Shown here: in pieces, positions 8,560 to 18,258 of the stretch
Numbering within the stretch: the stretch's first letter is position 1
Layout: each line of letters begins with the position of its first letter
Assembly (NCBI GenBank): GCA_021804985.1
Contig: JAJZGD010000003.1
Span: 1-50,980 of the forward strand
From: Planctomycetota bacterium
GTDB lineage: Bacteria; Planctomycetota; Phycisphaerae; WQYP01
Length of the DNA: 50,980 nt
Direction: 5' to 3'
Position numbers and translations under genes: made by a program
The notes under the pieces: model-generated
What the model was told of the DNA's origin: nothing
What the model saw: the letters and a program-made list of their open reading frames with translations, nothing else
Databases searched by the model: none

Positions 8560-9591
8560 TCACCGAGGGCCCAATTTTAATTTTCCAATGAGTTGGTCGA
8601 GGCTGGCGACTTTGTTCGCTGCCATGTAACCGGCCATCCCTTGGCAAATATCAACATGAATGGATGGGTTGACAAAAAGGGCGGTGCCCACCGCCACGGC
8701 CGACGCACCGGCCAGAATAAATTCCGCCGCATCCTGCCAGCTCTGTATTCCCCCCATGGCGATGATGGGGATGCCGTGTTTCGCCGCCACCTCGCTGTAA
8801 ACGCGATGCACCATAAAGACGGCAATAGGCTTGATGGCCGGCCCGCTTAAACCGCCGGTTTCGTTGGCCAGCACCGGTCGCTGCGTGTGAATATCAATGG
8901 CCATCGCGGTAAAGGTGTTGATGAGTGAAAGGCAGTCGGCGCCGGCCTCAAGGGCGGCCCGGGCGGTGAGGGCAATATCCGCCACATTGGGCGAAAGTTT
9001 TACGATAAGTTCCGTCCGGTGTACGCGTTTTCGTACCGCGGTCACCAGTTCCCCCAAACGCACAGGGTCGGTACCGAAACTGAGGCCGTTTTTTACATTG
9101 GGGCAGCTGACATTAAGTTCAATGCCGCGTACGACGGGCACATGCTCATCGAGATAGCCTGCCACATCCACGTAATCATCAATCGACCACCCCGGCACGT
9201 TAACAATGACGGGAAGTTTCATCGCCAGCAGGCGCGGCACTTTTTCCGCGACAAACCGATCGAGGCCAATGTTGGCTAAGCCGATGGCGTTAAGCATGCC
9301 AGCACGGGTTTCAACCACTCGGTAACTTTCATTGCCTTTGCGGGGATGGCGGCTGATGGATTTGGTGACAAACGCGCCGAGTTTGGAGAGGGGCGCAAAA
9401 TCGGCATATTCATCTGCATAACCGCAGGTGCCCGATGCGGTCATGACGGGATTGGCCAGTTCCAGCCTGCCAAGGCGGGTTTTCAAGCTTGGTTGCTCAG
9501 TGCACGGCGTATCTTTTTCGGTCTGATTCATACGGCTTACGAGTTTCGCCGCCGGGGGGCGGGATGTAAAGCCCATGGGAAGCTGCCGCAT
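8560..9591 (-). CDS. pyrD: dihydroorotate dehydrogenase, class 1 catalytic subunit
   Basis: LELANPVMTASGTCGY, IVNVPG, ELNVSCPNV, LSLINT and GGLSGPAIKPIA blocks. The start may instead be the internal ATG at 9531 (MNQTEKD). Confidence 0.9.
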   Translation of the reverse strand: MRQLPMGFTSRPPAAKLVSRMNQTEKDTPCTEQPSLKTRLGRLELANPVMTASGTCGYADEYADFAPLSKLGAFVTKSISRHPRKGNESYRVVETRAGMLNAIGLANIGLDRFVAEKVPRLLAMKLPVIVNVPGWSIDDYVDVAGYLDEHVPVVRGIELNVSCPNVKNGLSFGTDPVRLGELVTAVRKRVHRTELIVKLSPNVADIALTARAALEAGADCLSLINTFTAMAIDIHTQRPVLANETGGLSGPAIKPIAVFMVHRVYSEVAAKHGIPIIAMGGIQSWQDAAEFILAGASAVAVGTALFVNPSIHVDICQGMAGYMAANKVASLDQLIGKLKLGPR

Positions 9592-9630
9592 TGGCCGGGC
9601 GTGGCAGTTGGGGCGGCGTTTTTCGCGCCG

Positions 9631-11118
9631 TTATTCCATGGATGGATCGGTCGCGGTGTAATAATTCGGGCTTTCGCGCGTGATGGTGATATCGTGCGGA
9701 TGGCTTTCAATCATGCTGGCTGCGGTTACGCGCACAAACCTGGCGCGATGTTGCAGTTCGGCGATGGTTTGCGCTCCGACATACCCCATTCCGGCCCGCA
9801 GACCGCCGAGCATCTGATAGACAAAATCTCCCAATGGGCCGCGATAATGCACCAGCCCTTCCACCCCTTCGGGCACCAATTTGCTGCTGGTTTTCACGCC
9901 GCCCTGGCTGTATCGGTCCGCGCTTCCCTGCACCATCGCCCCCATCGAGCCCATGCCCCGGTAACTTTTAAACCGGCGCCCGCGGCGAATCACCAAATCA
10001 CCCGGGCTTTCATCCAAGCCGGCAAACAGCGAGCCCATCATCACCACCGACGCGCCGATCGCCAGCGCCTTGGTTATATCACCGCTATGGCGGATGCCCC
10101 CGTCGGCAATCACGGGTATCCCGGCCCCCTTGCACGCCGAGACCGCATTCATAATGGCCGTGATCTGCGGCACACCAACCCCCGTAACAATGCGTGTGGT
10201 GCAGATGCTGCCCGGGCCGATACCCACTTTTACCGCATCAGCACCGGCCGCAATCAGATCGCGTGCCGCGTCGGCCGTGGCAATATTGCCTGCAATCACT
10301 TCAATCGCAAATCGCTTTTTCACCTCGCGCACGGTTTCAATTACATTGCCTGAATGGCCGTGCGCGGTATCCACCACCACCACATCCACACCTTTTTCAA
10401 TCAGTGCGGCGACGCGCTCATATTGATGCACGCCCACGGCGGCCCCCACGCGCAGGCGCCCCCGGCTGTCTTTACACGCGCGCGGAAACTGATACGTCTT
10501 CTCGATATCACGCATCGTAATCATGCCGACAAGGCGGTGTCGATCATCGACCAGCAAAAGCTTTTCGACGCGCGCCTCGTTGAGTGCCAGCTCGGCCTTT
10601 TCCAGTGATGTTTCCGGCGGCGCGGTAACCAGCCCACTTTTTGTCATCAGATCGCGGACGGGCTTGGTGTCATCGCCATCGATAAATTTCAGATCCCGAC
10701 GGGTCAAAATGCCGACGAGTTCGCGTTCATCCCCCTGCACAATCGGAATTCCGCTGATGTGCTGTTCTTTCATGATCTGCCGCGCCTGCCCAACGGTGGC
10801 CTGTGGCCGCAGCGTTACCGGATCGTTGATGATGCCATTGGCGGATCGCTTCACTTTTTCAACTTCGCGGCATTGCAATTCGATGGAGAGGTTTTTATGA
10901 ATACACCCAAGGCCCCCTTCCTGCGCCAGCGCAATGGCCAGCGATGCTTCGGTAACGGTATCCATCGGGGCGGAAAGCAGGGGCACATTGAGTTCGATCT
11001 GGCGCGTCAGGCGGCTGCGCAAATCCACATCGCCGGGCACGACATCGCTGCGCTGCGGCACCAGCAGCAGGTCATCGAAGGTAAAGCCGTCGGGGATGGT
11101 TTTATCGTGTATTTCCAT
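9631..11118 (-). CDS. guaB: IMP dehydrogenase
   Basis: [11 protein letters not shown], a tandem CBS pair, the catalytic loop [11 protein letters not shown], and [14 protein letters not shown]. The start is taken at the ATG at 11118 (MEIHDK); the ORF extends to 11139. Confidence 0.95.
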   Translation of the reverse strand: MEIHDKTIPDGFTFDDLLLVPQRSDVVPGDVDLRSRLTRQIELNVPLLSAPMDTVTEASLAIALAQEGGLGCIHKNLSIELQCREVEKVKRSANGIINDPVTLRPQATVGQARQIMKEQHISGIPIVQGDERELVGILTRRDLKFIDGDDTKPVRDLMTKSGLVTAPPETSLEKAELALNEARVEKLLLVDDRHRLVGMITMRDIEKTYQFPRACKDSRGRLRVGAAVGVHQYERVAALIEKGVDVVVVDTAHGHSGNVIETVREVKKRFAIEVIAGNIATADAARDLIAAGADAVKVGIGPGSICTTRIVTGVGVPQITAIMNAVSACKGAGIPVIADGGIRHSGDITKALAIGASVVMMGSLFAGLDESPGDLVIRRGRRFKSYRGMGSMGAMVQGSADRYSQGGVKTSSKLVPEGVEGLVHYRGPLGDFVYQMLGGLRAGMGYVGAQTIAELQHRARFVRVTAASMIESHPHDITITRESPNYYTATDPSME

Positions 11119-11290
11119 ATAGCAATGATGGCAGGGCACTCTTGGAAAGTCAATGACGGGGAAAGGCGCGACCTGCGCGGCTCGGCATCGCCGCCGAACG
11201 CCCTATGGATCGGCTCAAGATTTAGGGGCCATAATTGGGGTGTGGGCAGATCAGGCGACCGATTGCAGGGGCGGTGTCAGCTCGCCGGAG

Positions 11291-13276
11291 TTACATTTCA
11301 TCCAGCACGGCAATGCCGAGCAGATCACGCAGGCCAACCTGCAGAACCGCCGCGGTTACACGGCAAAGAATCAGCCGACTGCTGACGGTGGCGGGTTGGG
11401 GCGCCTTAAGCACCGGGCATTGCTCATAAAAGGCTGAAAAAAAGCCTGACAGCTCATAGATATAAGTGCAAATATGGTGGGGCTTTAAATCGCGGGCCGC
11501 GGCATCGACGGCATCGGCGAATTTGAGCAAATGCCGGGCGAGATTGATTTCCGCCGGCTCGATTAAATCCAGCCGGGCGGGCGCGGCATCCATCGCACCG
11601 GCCTTGCGAAAAATGCTGCAGATTCGCGTGTAAGCATATTGCAAATACGGGCCGGTGTTGCCATCCAGGGCCAATATCCGCTCCCACACAAATTCATAAT
11701 CGCCCGTGCGATCCTGTTTAAGATCGGCATATTTGATCGCCCCGATCCCGACGGCCGCCGCGATGTGATGGCGCTGCGCTTCCGGCAGCGATGGATTTTT
11801 TTCCGTCACCACGCGGCCCGCCAATGCCTCGGCATGATCCAGCAATTCCCGCAGCTTGACGCTTTCGCCGGAACGCGTTTTAAATGGCTTGCCATCGGCG
11901 CCGAGCATAGATCCAAACGGCGCATAAATCATATCTACCAGATGGCCCGTTTCGGGATGAACATGCCAGCGCATGGCGCGGGCGGTATCAAAAACCATGG
12001 AAAAATGCTGCGCCTGCCGGGCGTCGGTGGTGTATATCAGTCGATCCGCATGCCACGACGCATGCAACGGCAATTGGTCTTCCGGCCGCTGTTTGTCTTC
12101 CATGATCCGAAAATGCAGGGCCGCTAAATCAGTGGTGGCATAGAGGAAGGCGCCGTCCCCCTTCTGGATAATCAATGGAAACGGCTTTTTATCTTTGTCT
12201 TCATACCCCGGCAGAAATACGCAAAGGGCGCCTTGTGAAATAGCTGCAAAAGGCTTAACCACCGGCGACGGAAGTTGTGCATCGGCCACGCGCTCGGTGG
12301 CCTGCGGGCTTTGCAGCGCTCCGGCGGCTTCAAGCTGATCGATGGCCGGAAGATGGCTGAAATCTGCGGGCGCCCCGTCGCGCCCCAGCGGCTCGCGCAG
12401 CGCGGTTTGGCTGCCCACGCCGCCGACCTCAAGGGTATTTTTAATTTGCTCGACAAGATTCGGCAGCCGGCCAGCGTAAAAGCTTTCCCCACGGTCGTCG
12501 GCTTCGGTCAGTTTCAAACCCAAGCGCTGAAATATTTCCTGCGCATGGCGCCGACTTTCCCGGCGAATCTGCTGCCAAAGTTCCACGGCCTGCGATTGAC
12601 CATTTTGCAGGTCCACAACGGCGCGCCGGGCTTCGAGCGCAAATTGCGGGTCGGTTTTATCCCGTTGCGAAGCTTGCTTGTAATAGGCGTCGAGGTCCTC
12701 AATGGGGGCAAGCGCTCCGTCGGCAAGTTTCATATCCTGAGCGTGGCGAATCAGCATTCCGAATTGCGTGCCGAAATCTCCCACATGATTTTGACGCACC
12801 ACCGTATGGCCGAGGAACTCAAGAATGCGGCTGATGGCATCGCCGATGATGCTGCTGCGCAGGTGTCCCACGTGCATTTCCTTGGCGATGTTGGGGCCCG
12901 CATAATCAACCACTACGGTTTGCCGATGGGCCGATTTTGCGACGCCGGCTCGGGCGAGCGCCTGCGGTTCGGCCGCGATGGCCTCAAGCGTGCGGCCGAT
13001 ATGGGCGGTCGTCAGGCGAAAATTAATAAATCCCGGCCCGGCGATGGTCGGAGGTTCGCAAATATCAGAAACGGAAAGATGTTCGACAATTTGAGCGGCC
13101 ACCTGCCGGGGCGCCAGCCCCAGCGATTTGCCCAGCGCCATGGCCGAGTTGCACTGGTAATCCGCAAACTTCGGATCGCCGGCCTTGACGATGACCCCGG
13201 CGGCATGCTGCGCGCCAAATGCACGGCCGATCGCCAGTGCACAGCGCTGTCGTAAGTCGGCCTCGATGGATATCAC
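11291..13276 (-). CDS. argS: arginine--tRNA ligase
   Basis: HIGH-type motif MHVGHLRSSIIGD and a DALR anticodon-binding C-terminus (YLQYAYTRICSIFRKA). It carries a ~55-aa low-complexity insertion before the conserved GALCVFL...IIQKGDGAFLYATTDLAA block. Confidence 0.95.
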   Translation of the reverse strand: MISIEADLRQRCALAIGRAFGAQHAAGVIVKAGDPKFADYQCNSAMALGKSLGLAPRQVAAQIVEHLSVSDICEPPTIAGPGFINFRLTTAHIGRTLEAIAAEPQALARAGVAKSAHRQTVVVDYAGPNIAKEMHVGHLRSSIIGDAISRILEFLGHTVVRQNHVGDFGTQFGMLIRHAQDMKLADGALAPIEDLDAYYKQASQRDKTDPQFALEARRAVVDLQNGQSQAVELWQQIRRESRRHAQEIFQRLGLKLTEADDRGESFYAGRLPNLVEQIKNTLEVGGVGSQTALREPLGRDGAPADFSHLPAIDQLEAAGALQSPQATERVADAQLPSPVVKPFAAISQGALCVFLPGYEDKDKKPFPLIIQKGDGAFLYATTDLAALHFRIMEDKQRPEDQLPLHASWHADRLIYTTDARQAQHFSMVFDTARAMRWHVHPETGHLVDMIYAPFGSMLGADGKPFKTRSGESVKLRELLDHAEALAGRVVTEKNPSLPEAQRHHIAAAVGIGAIKYADLKQDRTGDYEFVWERILALDGNTGPYLQYAYTRICSIFRKAGAMDAAPARLDLIEPAEINLARHLLKFADAVDAAARDLKPHHICTYIYELSGFFSAFYEQCPVLKAPQPATVSSRLILCRVTAAVLQVGLRDLLGIAVLDEM

Positions 13277-14380
13277 TTATTTCCTTTTTTTGCCGGGGGC
13301 GGCCTTCGCCTTGCGGGGCGCGGCAGCAGCTTTCTTTGCAGGCCCCTTTTTCCCGGCAGCTTTGCGTTTCAGCGTTTTTGTGGCTGCAGAAGTCTTTGCG
13401 CGAATTTTTCCACCCGCCAACTTTTTGGCTGCGACCGTGGGTTTCGGCCGCGCTTTACCGGTGGCCGCCGCTTTGCCTGCCGTGGCGCTTTTTTTTGATG
13501 ATGGCTTGCGGGCCGCAGGCTTTTTTGCCGGCTTGCCGGCCGTTTTAGATTTAACTTTCGGCTTGGCCTTGGCCGCCACCTTTTTGGCTACCTTAGTCCG
13601 TGCCTTGGCCACCTTTGCCGCCGCTTTCGGCGCCATTTTCGCCGCCGCCTTGGCCTTTTTGGCTGCGGGCTTGGCGGCTGATTTTGACTTCGCGCTTTTG
13701 GCCACAGCGGCCGGCTTCCGCGCCGGCTTCGGCGGAGCCGCAGGCGCGGGGATGCCTGGGGCATGCGGCGGCTGCGTTATATCGATGGTTATTGATTCGT
13801 AAATGATTGCATCATCGGTCGGTGGTGCCGGAATGCCGAGGAATGTGGCCGAATCGTCCGGTGTGCCGCCGGCTGGCACGCCCTCGGTGGAGAGCGGTTC
13901 TTCGAGCAGCAGCTCATCATCCATTTCAGTTGCGACTTCAATCGCTTCTTCAATGGCCTCAAGCGCGGATTGCGTTTTCTCGGTTTGCGGCCGCGTTGTT
14001 GCCGATTCGGGCAGGCCCATATCGATACGCGGGCAATCGCCCCAGAGAATTTCAAGATCGTAAAACGCGCGGCTCGCGGCATCAAACAAATGTACCACGA
14101 CATCGATGCAATCAATTAGTATCCACTTGGCCGTCTCGGTGCCGCTGATCCGCCATGGCTTAAAGCCCATTTTTTCGCCGAGGTCACCAATTTGGTCGGC
14201 CACGGTGCGCATCTGCCGCGCAGAGGTGCCGGTGGCAATCAGGAAGTAACGCGTCACGTGCGAGCGCTCGCTGACATTCAGCAGCACAATATCATGGCAG
14301 CGGGTGTGCGCCGCCAACTGCCCGGCCGCAATGGCGAAGGCTACATCCCCTTGGGCATTGGGTGTTTCCGGCATGATCAT
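13277..14380 (-). CDS. rsfS: ribosome silencing factor RsfS fused to a long acidic linker and a Lys/Ala-rich histone-H1-like tail
   Basis: The N-terminal ~115 aa (DIVLLNVSERSHVTRYFLIATGTSARQMRTVADQI...WILIDCIDVVVHLF...FYDLEILW) form an RsfS/iojap domain. The C-terminal ~170 aa are AAKKPA/KAKxK repeats. The stop directly abuts the argS start at 13276. Confidence 0.8.
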   Translation of the reverse strand: MIMPETPNAQGDVAFAIAAGQLAAHTRCHDIVLLNVSERSHVTRYFLIATGTSARQMRTVADQIGDLGEKMGFKPWRISGTETAKWILIDCIDVVVHLFDAASRAFYDLEILWGDCPRIDMGLPESATTRPQTEKTQSALEAIEEAIEVATEMDDELLLEEPLSTEGVPAGGTPDDSATFLGIPAPPTDDAIIYESITIDITQPPHAPGIPAPAAPPKPARKPAAVAKSAKSKSAAKPAAKKAKAAAKMAPKAAAKVAKARTKVAKKVAAKAKPKVKSKTAGKPAKKPAARKPSSKKSATAGKAAATGKARPKPTVAAKKLAGGKIRAKTSAATKTLKRKAAGKKGPAKKAAAAPRKAKAAPGKKRK

Positions 14381-14696
14381 CCTCCAGCGATGGGTTTCGC
14401 CCGGCGGGGCGATTTTCTACACGCGGGCGGCGCCCTGCATGAGTTTCGCCGAAAACCCGAACTTAATCCAGTACCCGCGGCCGACCGGCAATTTTGCAAC
14501 TGCCCAGCGCCCATTTGGCGGCGGATGGGGGGCACGCATTCCGCTGGCGCGGCAGATTCGCTATCCCGGCCTGCGGGCATTCGCGCGCCGCCGCCACTCA
14601 GCCGGTTTTCTTGCCTCCGCGCCACTAAAAACGGCGCACCTTGCAAGGCCGGTTCCCATTTGTGACGAATCGGATTGATCCCTATAGTATGCAGCC

Positions 14697-16661
14697 GTGA
14701 AAAGAATTCGTTATAGCCCAATGCGCCGCGGATGGCTGATGGCGGCGGCAATCGCATGCGTGCTGCTGTCGGCATCGGTGGTGATGGCCCGTGCCGGCGG
14801 GGGAGAGGGGTTCGGCGGCGGGGGCGGAGGTGTTGGTGGTGGGGGGGGCGGCGGGGGCGGCGCCATCCTGCAACTGCTCATTTTCCTCGTGATCGAGCAG
14901 CCCGAAATCGGCATTCCCCTGATTATTATTTTCGGCATCGGCTACTGGTTTACGCATCGGAAGGTGGCGGGGGCCATCACGAACAATCGGATCGATCGGG
15001 GTATGCAGGCGGAGGGCGAAAATCTCGGCGCCGCGGCGCTGGCAAGCCTGCAAAGTGCCGATCCCGCATTTGATCCGCAGGTTTTTTATGGGCGTGTGAC
15101 GCAGGCCTTTCTCAAAATGCAGGATGCGTGGTGCCAGCAAAATCTGACCACGGTCCAAGCCTTTATTTCCGATGGCGTGCGCGAGCGCTTCAGCCTGGAA
15201 TTTATGCAGGCGAAGCTCCTGTGCGAGCAGGACCGCATGTCGGCAATTCAGGTGCTATCGGCAGCGCTCGCCCACGCCACGCATGATCATCTGTACGATA
15301 CCGCCATTGTGGAAATACAAGCCAGTGCGATTGATCAGACGATTTCCACGAAAAACGGCTCGGTGCTTTCCGGCTCCGCCGAGGCGCAGCCATTTTGTGA
15401 ATACTGGACGTTTCTTCGGCGTCGGGGGGCAAAATCTACGGACAAGCCCGGCCTGATGGAGGGGAATTGCCCCAATTGCGGCGCGCAACTTTCCATCAAC
15501 CAAAGCACGCAATGCCCGAACTGCCACGCGATGATTTTCAGCGGCGAGTTTGACTGGGTGCTAACCGAAATCACGCAGGCTTCGCGCTGGCGCCCGGAAT
15601 CAGAGGCGGATGTGCCGGGGGTGGAAGATCTCATCCACCGCGATGGCGATTTTTCCCTCGCAGAGCTTGAGGATACCGCATCGGTAATGTTCTGGCGGAA
15701 ATCGCAGGCCGACCTGACCGGGAAAATAAACCCGCTGAAAAAAATCTGCACGCCGGAGTTCGCATCACTTTACGAAGGCCTGCTGAAACCCGCCCCAGAC
15801 GGCAGTCGAACGGTCTGGGGGCATTGTGCCGTCGGTTCCGTGAGCACGTTGGGAATTATTCCCGGGGCCAGTGTGGATCGTGCCCTGATTGAAATCGTCT
15901 GGTCGGCCCAGCGGTTTACAATCCATCCAGATGGCTCGATTTCGCACACGCCCAGCGCCGAATTATCAACATCCATGCTGGTGCTGCAGCGCAACCACGA
16001 CTGTAAAACCAATATCCAATCGGGCATTTCGTCCGCGCATTGTCCCAATTGTGGTGCGCCTTTAACGGATGACACCTCGGATGCATGCCCATTCTGCGGC
16101 ACCGTTCTAACCGATGGCGCACAGGGGTGGGTGCTCGCCAAAATGCTGCCCCTCGCAGAGCCGGAGGCGCAAGATTTACTGCGCAGCGTCGCGGCAACCG
16201 GCGTAACGGCCGCGGCCAGTGCCGCCTCGGGTGCGGCGCCAGCGGTGGCGGCGCTTCAGCCGCCGAGTGCCCCCAAGTTGATGGCGTGGGCGACGGGATG
16301 CGTGCTCGCGGGCGATGTTGCGGACGATCAATACGATGGCCTGCTGATGCGCATCGGGCAGGATCAGGGTTTGCCAGATCAAATGGTAAGACAGATTATT
16401 TTGGCGGGCCATACCCATGGCCTGTCGGTGCCGCAGCCCACATCGCCGGCGGTGGCGATGGAATGGTTTGGCGAAATCATCAAGGCGTCGATGGAACTTG
16501 GGCCCATTACACCGGCCATGCAGCAGCTATTTACGCGCATTGGCGGCACACTGAATATGGGCCCGTACGATCTGAAGCTGCTGATCGCCCGGCAGCGCGA
16601 TGCACTCAGCGGGCGCGCGGGTGCAGCCATCAAACTGCAACGCAGTCAGGCCGCGGCCTAA
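14697..16661 (+). CDS. membrane-anchored protein with two Tim44-like domain / zinc-ribbon modules
   Basis: GTG start, then a signal/TM segment, a poly-Gly tract (GGGEGFGGGGGGVGGGGGGGGG) and a second TM. A Tim44-like segment follows (FDPQVFYGRVTQAFLKMQDAWCQQNL). There are two CPNCGA...CPxC ribbons, at about aa 258-277 and 448-467. Confidence 0.65.
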   Translation: MKRIRYSPMRRGWLMAAAIACVLLSASVVMARAGGGEGFGGGGGGVGGGGGGGGGAILQLLIFLVIEQPEIGIPLIIIFGIGYWFTHRKVAGAITNNRIDRGMQAEGENLGAAALASLQSADPAFDPQVFYGRVTQAFLKMQDAWCQQNLTTVQAFISDGVRERFSLEFMQAKLLCEQDRMSAIQVLSAALAHATHDHLYDTAIVEIQASAIDQTISTKNGSVLSGSAEAQPFCEYWTFLRRRGAKSTDKPGLMEGNCPNCGAQLSINQSTQCPNCHAMIFSGEFDWVLTEITQASRWRPESEADVPGVEDLIHRDGDFSLAELEDTASVMFWRKSQADLTGKINPLKKICTPEFASLYEGLLKPAPDGSRTVWGHCAVGSVSTLGIIPGASVDRALIEIVWSAQRFTIHPDGSISHTPSAELSTSMLVLQRNHDCKTNIQSGISSAHCPNCGAPLTDDTSDACPFCGTVLTDGAQGWVLAKMLPLAEPEAQDLLRSVAATGVTAAASAASGAAPAVAALQPPSAPKLMAWATGCVLAGDVADDQYDGLLMRIGQDQGLPDQMVRQIILAGHTHGLSVPQPTSPAVAMEWFGEIIKASMELGPITPAMQQLFTRIGGTLNMGPYDLKLLIARQRDALSGRAGAAIKLQRSQAAA

Positions 16662-16830
16662 TATTGGGGGCATAGACGTTAACTTAAGCCTGCCCTTTGC
16701 GGCTTTTTCGGCGTGTCAGCCAATGCGATGGTGATAGCGCCGTCGCCAACGCCCTCGCACCGCATGCATCTTGGCCGCCTCTCGGCGCCGCCGGGACCGC
16801 AGGCGTCCCGCCTGCTTGTCGGCGTCATAT

Positions 16831-17002
16831 AGCCAGCCACCCTGGTGGCCGCGCGTCGCCGGATAGGTGTCTTGCGTTATGTGCGCGAGAAATAAATGAA
16901 TTGCACCATGCGACCGACAGCACCCCCGGCACCGCCCGAAACGCCGATTGCCTCACGCAGAGGCGAAGAGGCTGCCTGCGGGCAGCACGCCGACCCGCGG
17001 CC
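16831..17002. repeat. interspersed repeat family A, copy 3 (diverged)
   Basis: Contains AGCCAGCCACCCTGGTGGCC and CCCGAAACGCCGATTGCCTCACGCAGAGGCGAAGAGGCTGCCTGCGGGCAGCACGCC. These match 8071-8090 and 8207-8255, and the reverse complement of 50147-50199. Confidence 0.6.
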
Positions 17003-17007
17003 ACGAG

Positions 17008-17110
17008 GAGCCTGTCCGAGTAATGGCCGGGATTGGGATGGGTCTGAAATGCCCTGAATGCGCGGCGGAGGATCGAGCCGACTCTGAATAACGAGTCATC
17101 GAGATCCGAC
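17008..17110. repeat. interspersed repeat family B, copy 1
   Basis: GAGCCTGTCCGAGTAATGGCCGGGATTGGGATGGGTCTGAAATGCCC...GCGCGGCGGAGGATCGAGCCGACTCTGAA aligns at roughly 80% identity (by eye) with 25490-25592. Confidence 0.7.
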
Positions 17111-17261
17111 AACAAAGCAGGCGGGGCATTTCAGGCCCACCCCGCGGGGCGACGTGCTTTTTGTCCCCCCTCTGCGGCGCGGCGCCTCGATGTACCGTCT
17201 GCGTCAGGTACGCCATCGTCGCCGCTGCTTGATGGGTGCCAAAAATCACGCCGTCGCAACC

Positions 17262-17316
17262 CGGCGATTACTTGGACAGGCTCCTATGCTGGCTGGCTTA
17301 ACACGCGGCGACGTGC
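17262..17316. repeat. inverted fragment of family B joined to a family A outer module
   Basis: CGGCGATTACTTGGACAGGCTCC is the reverse complement of the family B 5' end. The following GGCTGGCTTAACACGCGGCGAC matches 8250-8273. Confidence 0.55.
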
Positions 17317-17335
17317 AGTTGGTTCGGGCGACGTT

Positions 17336-17995
17336 CTATCGCGTATTGGGTTCCACAATCGACTGTGTGCGAACCATCACGCGGGCATCACCAATCAGAT
17401 GGAAGCCTTCGATATGCACCGCACGGCGATGCAGCGTGGCCACCAGCACCGAGAGATAATCGGTCTGTCCGAGTTCGGTCTTCTGGTGGGTTATGAGGCC
17501 GTTTTGCTCCTCCGCAATGCGCTGAAGCTCAACAACCGCATTATCAAATTGCGTATCGGTGACGTGCTCTTCATTGAGCGTCAGGTAGTAGTGGTGATCC
17601 GGCCCGGCGGCCACATCAAACTGCTTATCCCCTTTGCAGGGAAGCCGCTCGACGAGCCCGCGATCCGGAAGCGACTTCTGCGGAAAGCAGGCGAGTTCGC
17701 AAATGGTCTTCCGGTGGGTAACGCCGGCCATATGGCCGCCCCCATCGAGCAACCACATGGTTACATCAAATTCGCCCATCGTACGGATGCGCCGCACGGT
17801 GGTGGTGACCAGCTCGGGATGCAGGGGGTGGTCATAAACCAGCACCGTCAACCCCGCGCTCCGCGGCTTTTTATTATTGTGGGCACTCAGCGGTAAACTT
17901 TTCAAACCTTTACCATCCATAGTCTTGATAACCTCCAAAGCAAAAGGGCAGATACGATCCATCGCATCAGTAAATTTTAAGCACCGCCGCGTCAC
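17336..17995 (-). CDS. hypothetical protein (possibly DUF2617-like; recollection only)
   Basis: 219-aa ORF with non-repetitive composition (LVYDHPLHPELVTTTVRRI...) and no better competing ORF. No motif I can assign. The start is uncertain, with internal Met codons at MDRICP and MDGKG. Confidence 0.5.
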   Translation of the reverse strand: MTRRCLKFTDAMDRICPFALEVIKTMDGKGLKSLPLSAHNNKKPRSAGLTVLVYDHPLHPELVTTTVRRIRTMGEFDVTMWLLDGGGHMAGVTHRKTICELACFPQKSLPDRGLVERLPCKGDKQFDVAAGPDHHYYLTLNEEHVTDTQFDNAVVELQRIAEEQNGLITHQKTELGQTDYLSVLVATLHRRAVHIEGFHLIGDARVMVRTQSIVEPNTR

Positions 17996-18229
17996 ACGGC
18001 GGCATGAAACTTAAAGCAAATCGGCAGCCAAAGCGCGGCCATTTTTCTTGTTACGCGGCCGCCACGGCAGGGGGGCATCCTGACTTTTCACCCGGGCTGC
18101 CCCCGAATCACACCCATGCGAATATCTGGCGTAAGTACATTTAAAACAATGTCTTACAGCAGATGGTGGAAGCTCCGATCCAGCCCCGAACAGGGGCCAT
18201 TTGGCCATCCGCAACCGCAGCCACGGGCA

Positions 18230-18258
18230 ATTATAAAACCTTGGAACCGAAAAGTGAA
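18230..18258 (-). promoter_or_regulatory. sigma70-like promoter candidate (TTCACT-17 nt-TATAAT) facing the hypothetical gene
   Basis: On the reverse strand there is a perfect TATAAT (18230-18235) and TTCACT (18253-18258) with a 17-nt spacer. This would give a ~225-nt leader before the ATG at 17995. Confidence 0.3.

Noticed and set aside
9346-10353. Long ORFs antisense to well-supported genes: 9346-10353(+), 12275-13255(+), 19752-20468(-), 20766-21464(-), 27326-28042(-), 32161-33210(-), 41031-41915(+), 43285-44874(+), 10759-11385(+).
   Set aside because: Each lies opposite a gene with unmistakable family motifs (guaB, argS, accA, pyrE, helicase, MTase, phosphoesterase, glgP). Their translations are Arg/Gly/Ala/His-rich with no recognisable motifs. 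These are typical shadow ORFs of GC-rich DNA.
13185-13802. 205-aa Ala/Phe-rich ORF on the + strand.
   Set aside because: It is antisense to the Lys/Ala repeat tail of rsfS. Low-complexity DNA is open in several frames.
16825-17115. Small minus-strand ORFs in family B copies (16825-17115 and 25268-25573) with similar peptides (FRVGSILRRAF / FKVGSIFRRAY ... HYSDRL / DYSDRL).
   Set aside because: Codon-by-codon comparison of the two copies shows mostly non-synonymous differences with start and stop contexts not conserved. The similarity reflects nucleotide repeat homology, not a conserved protein.
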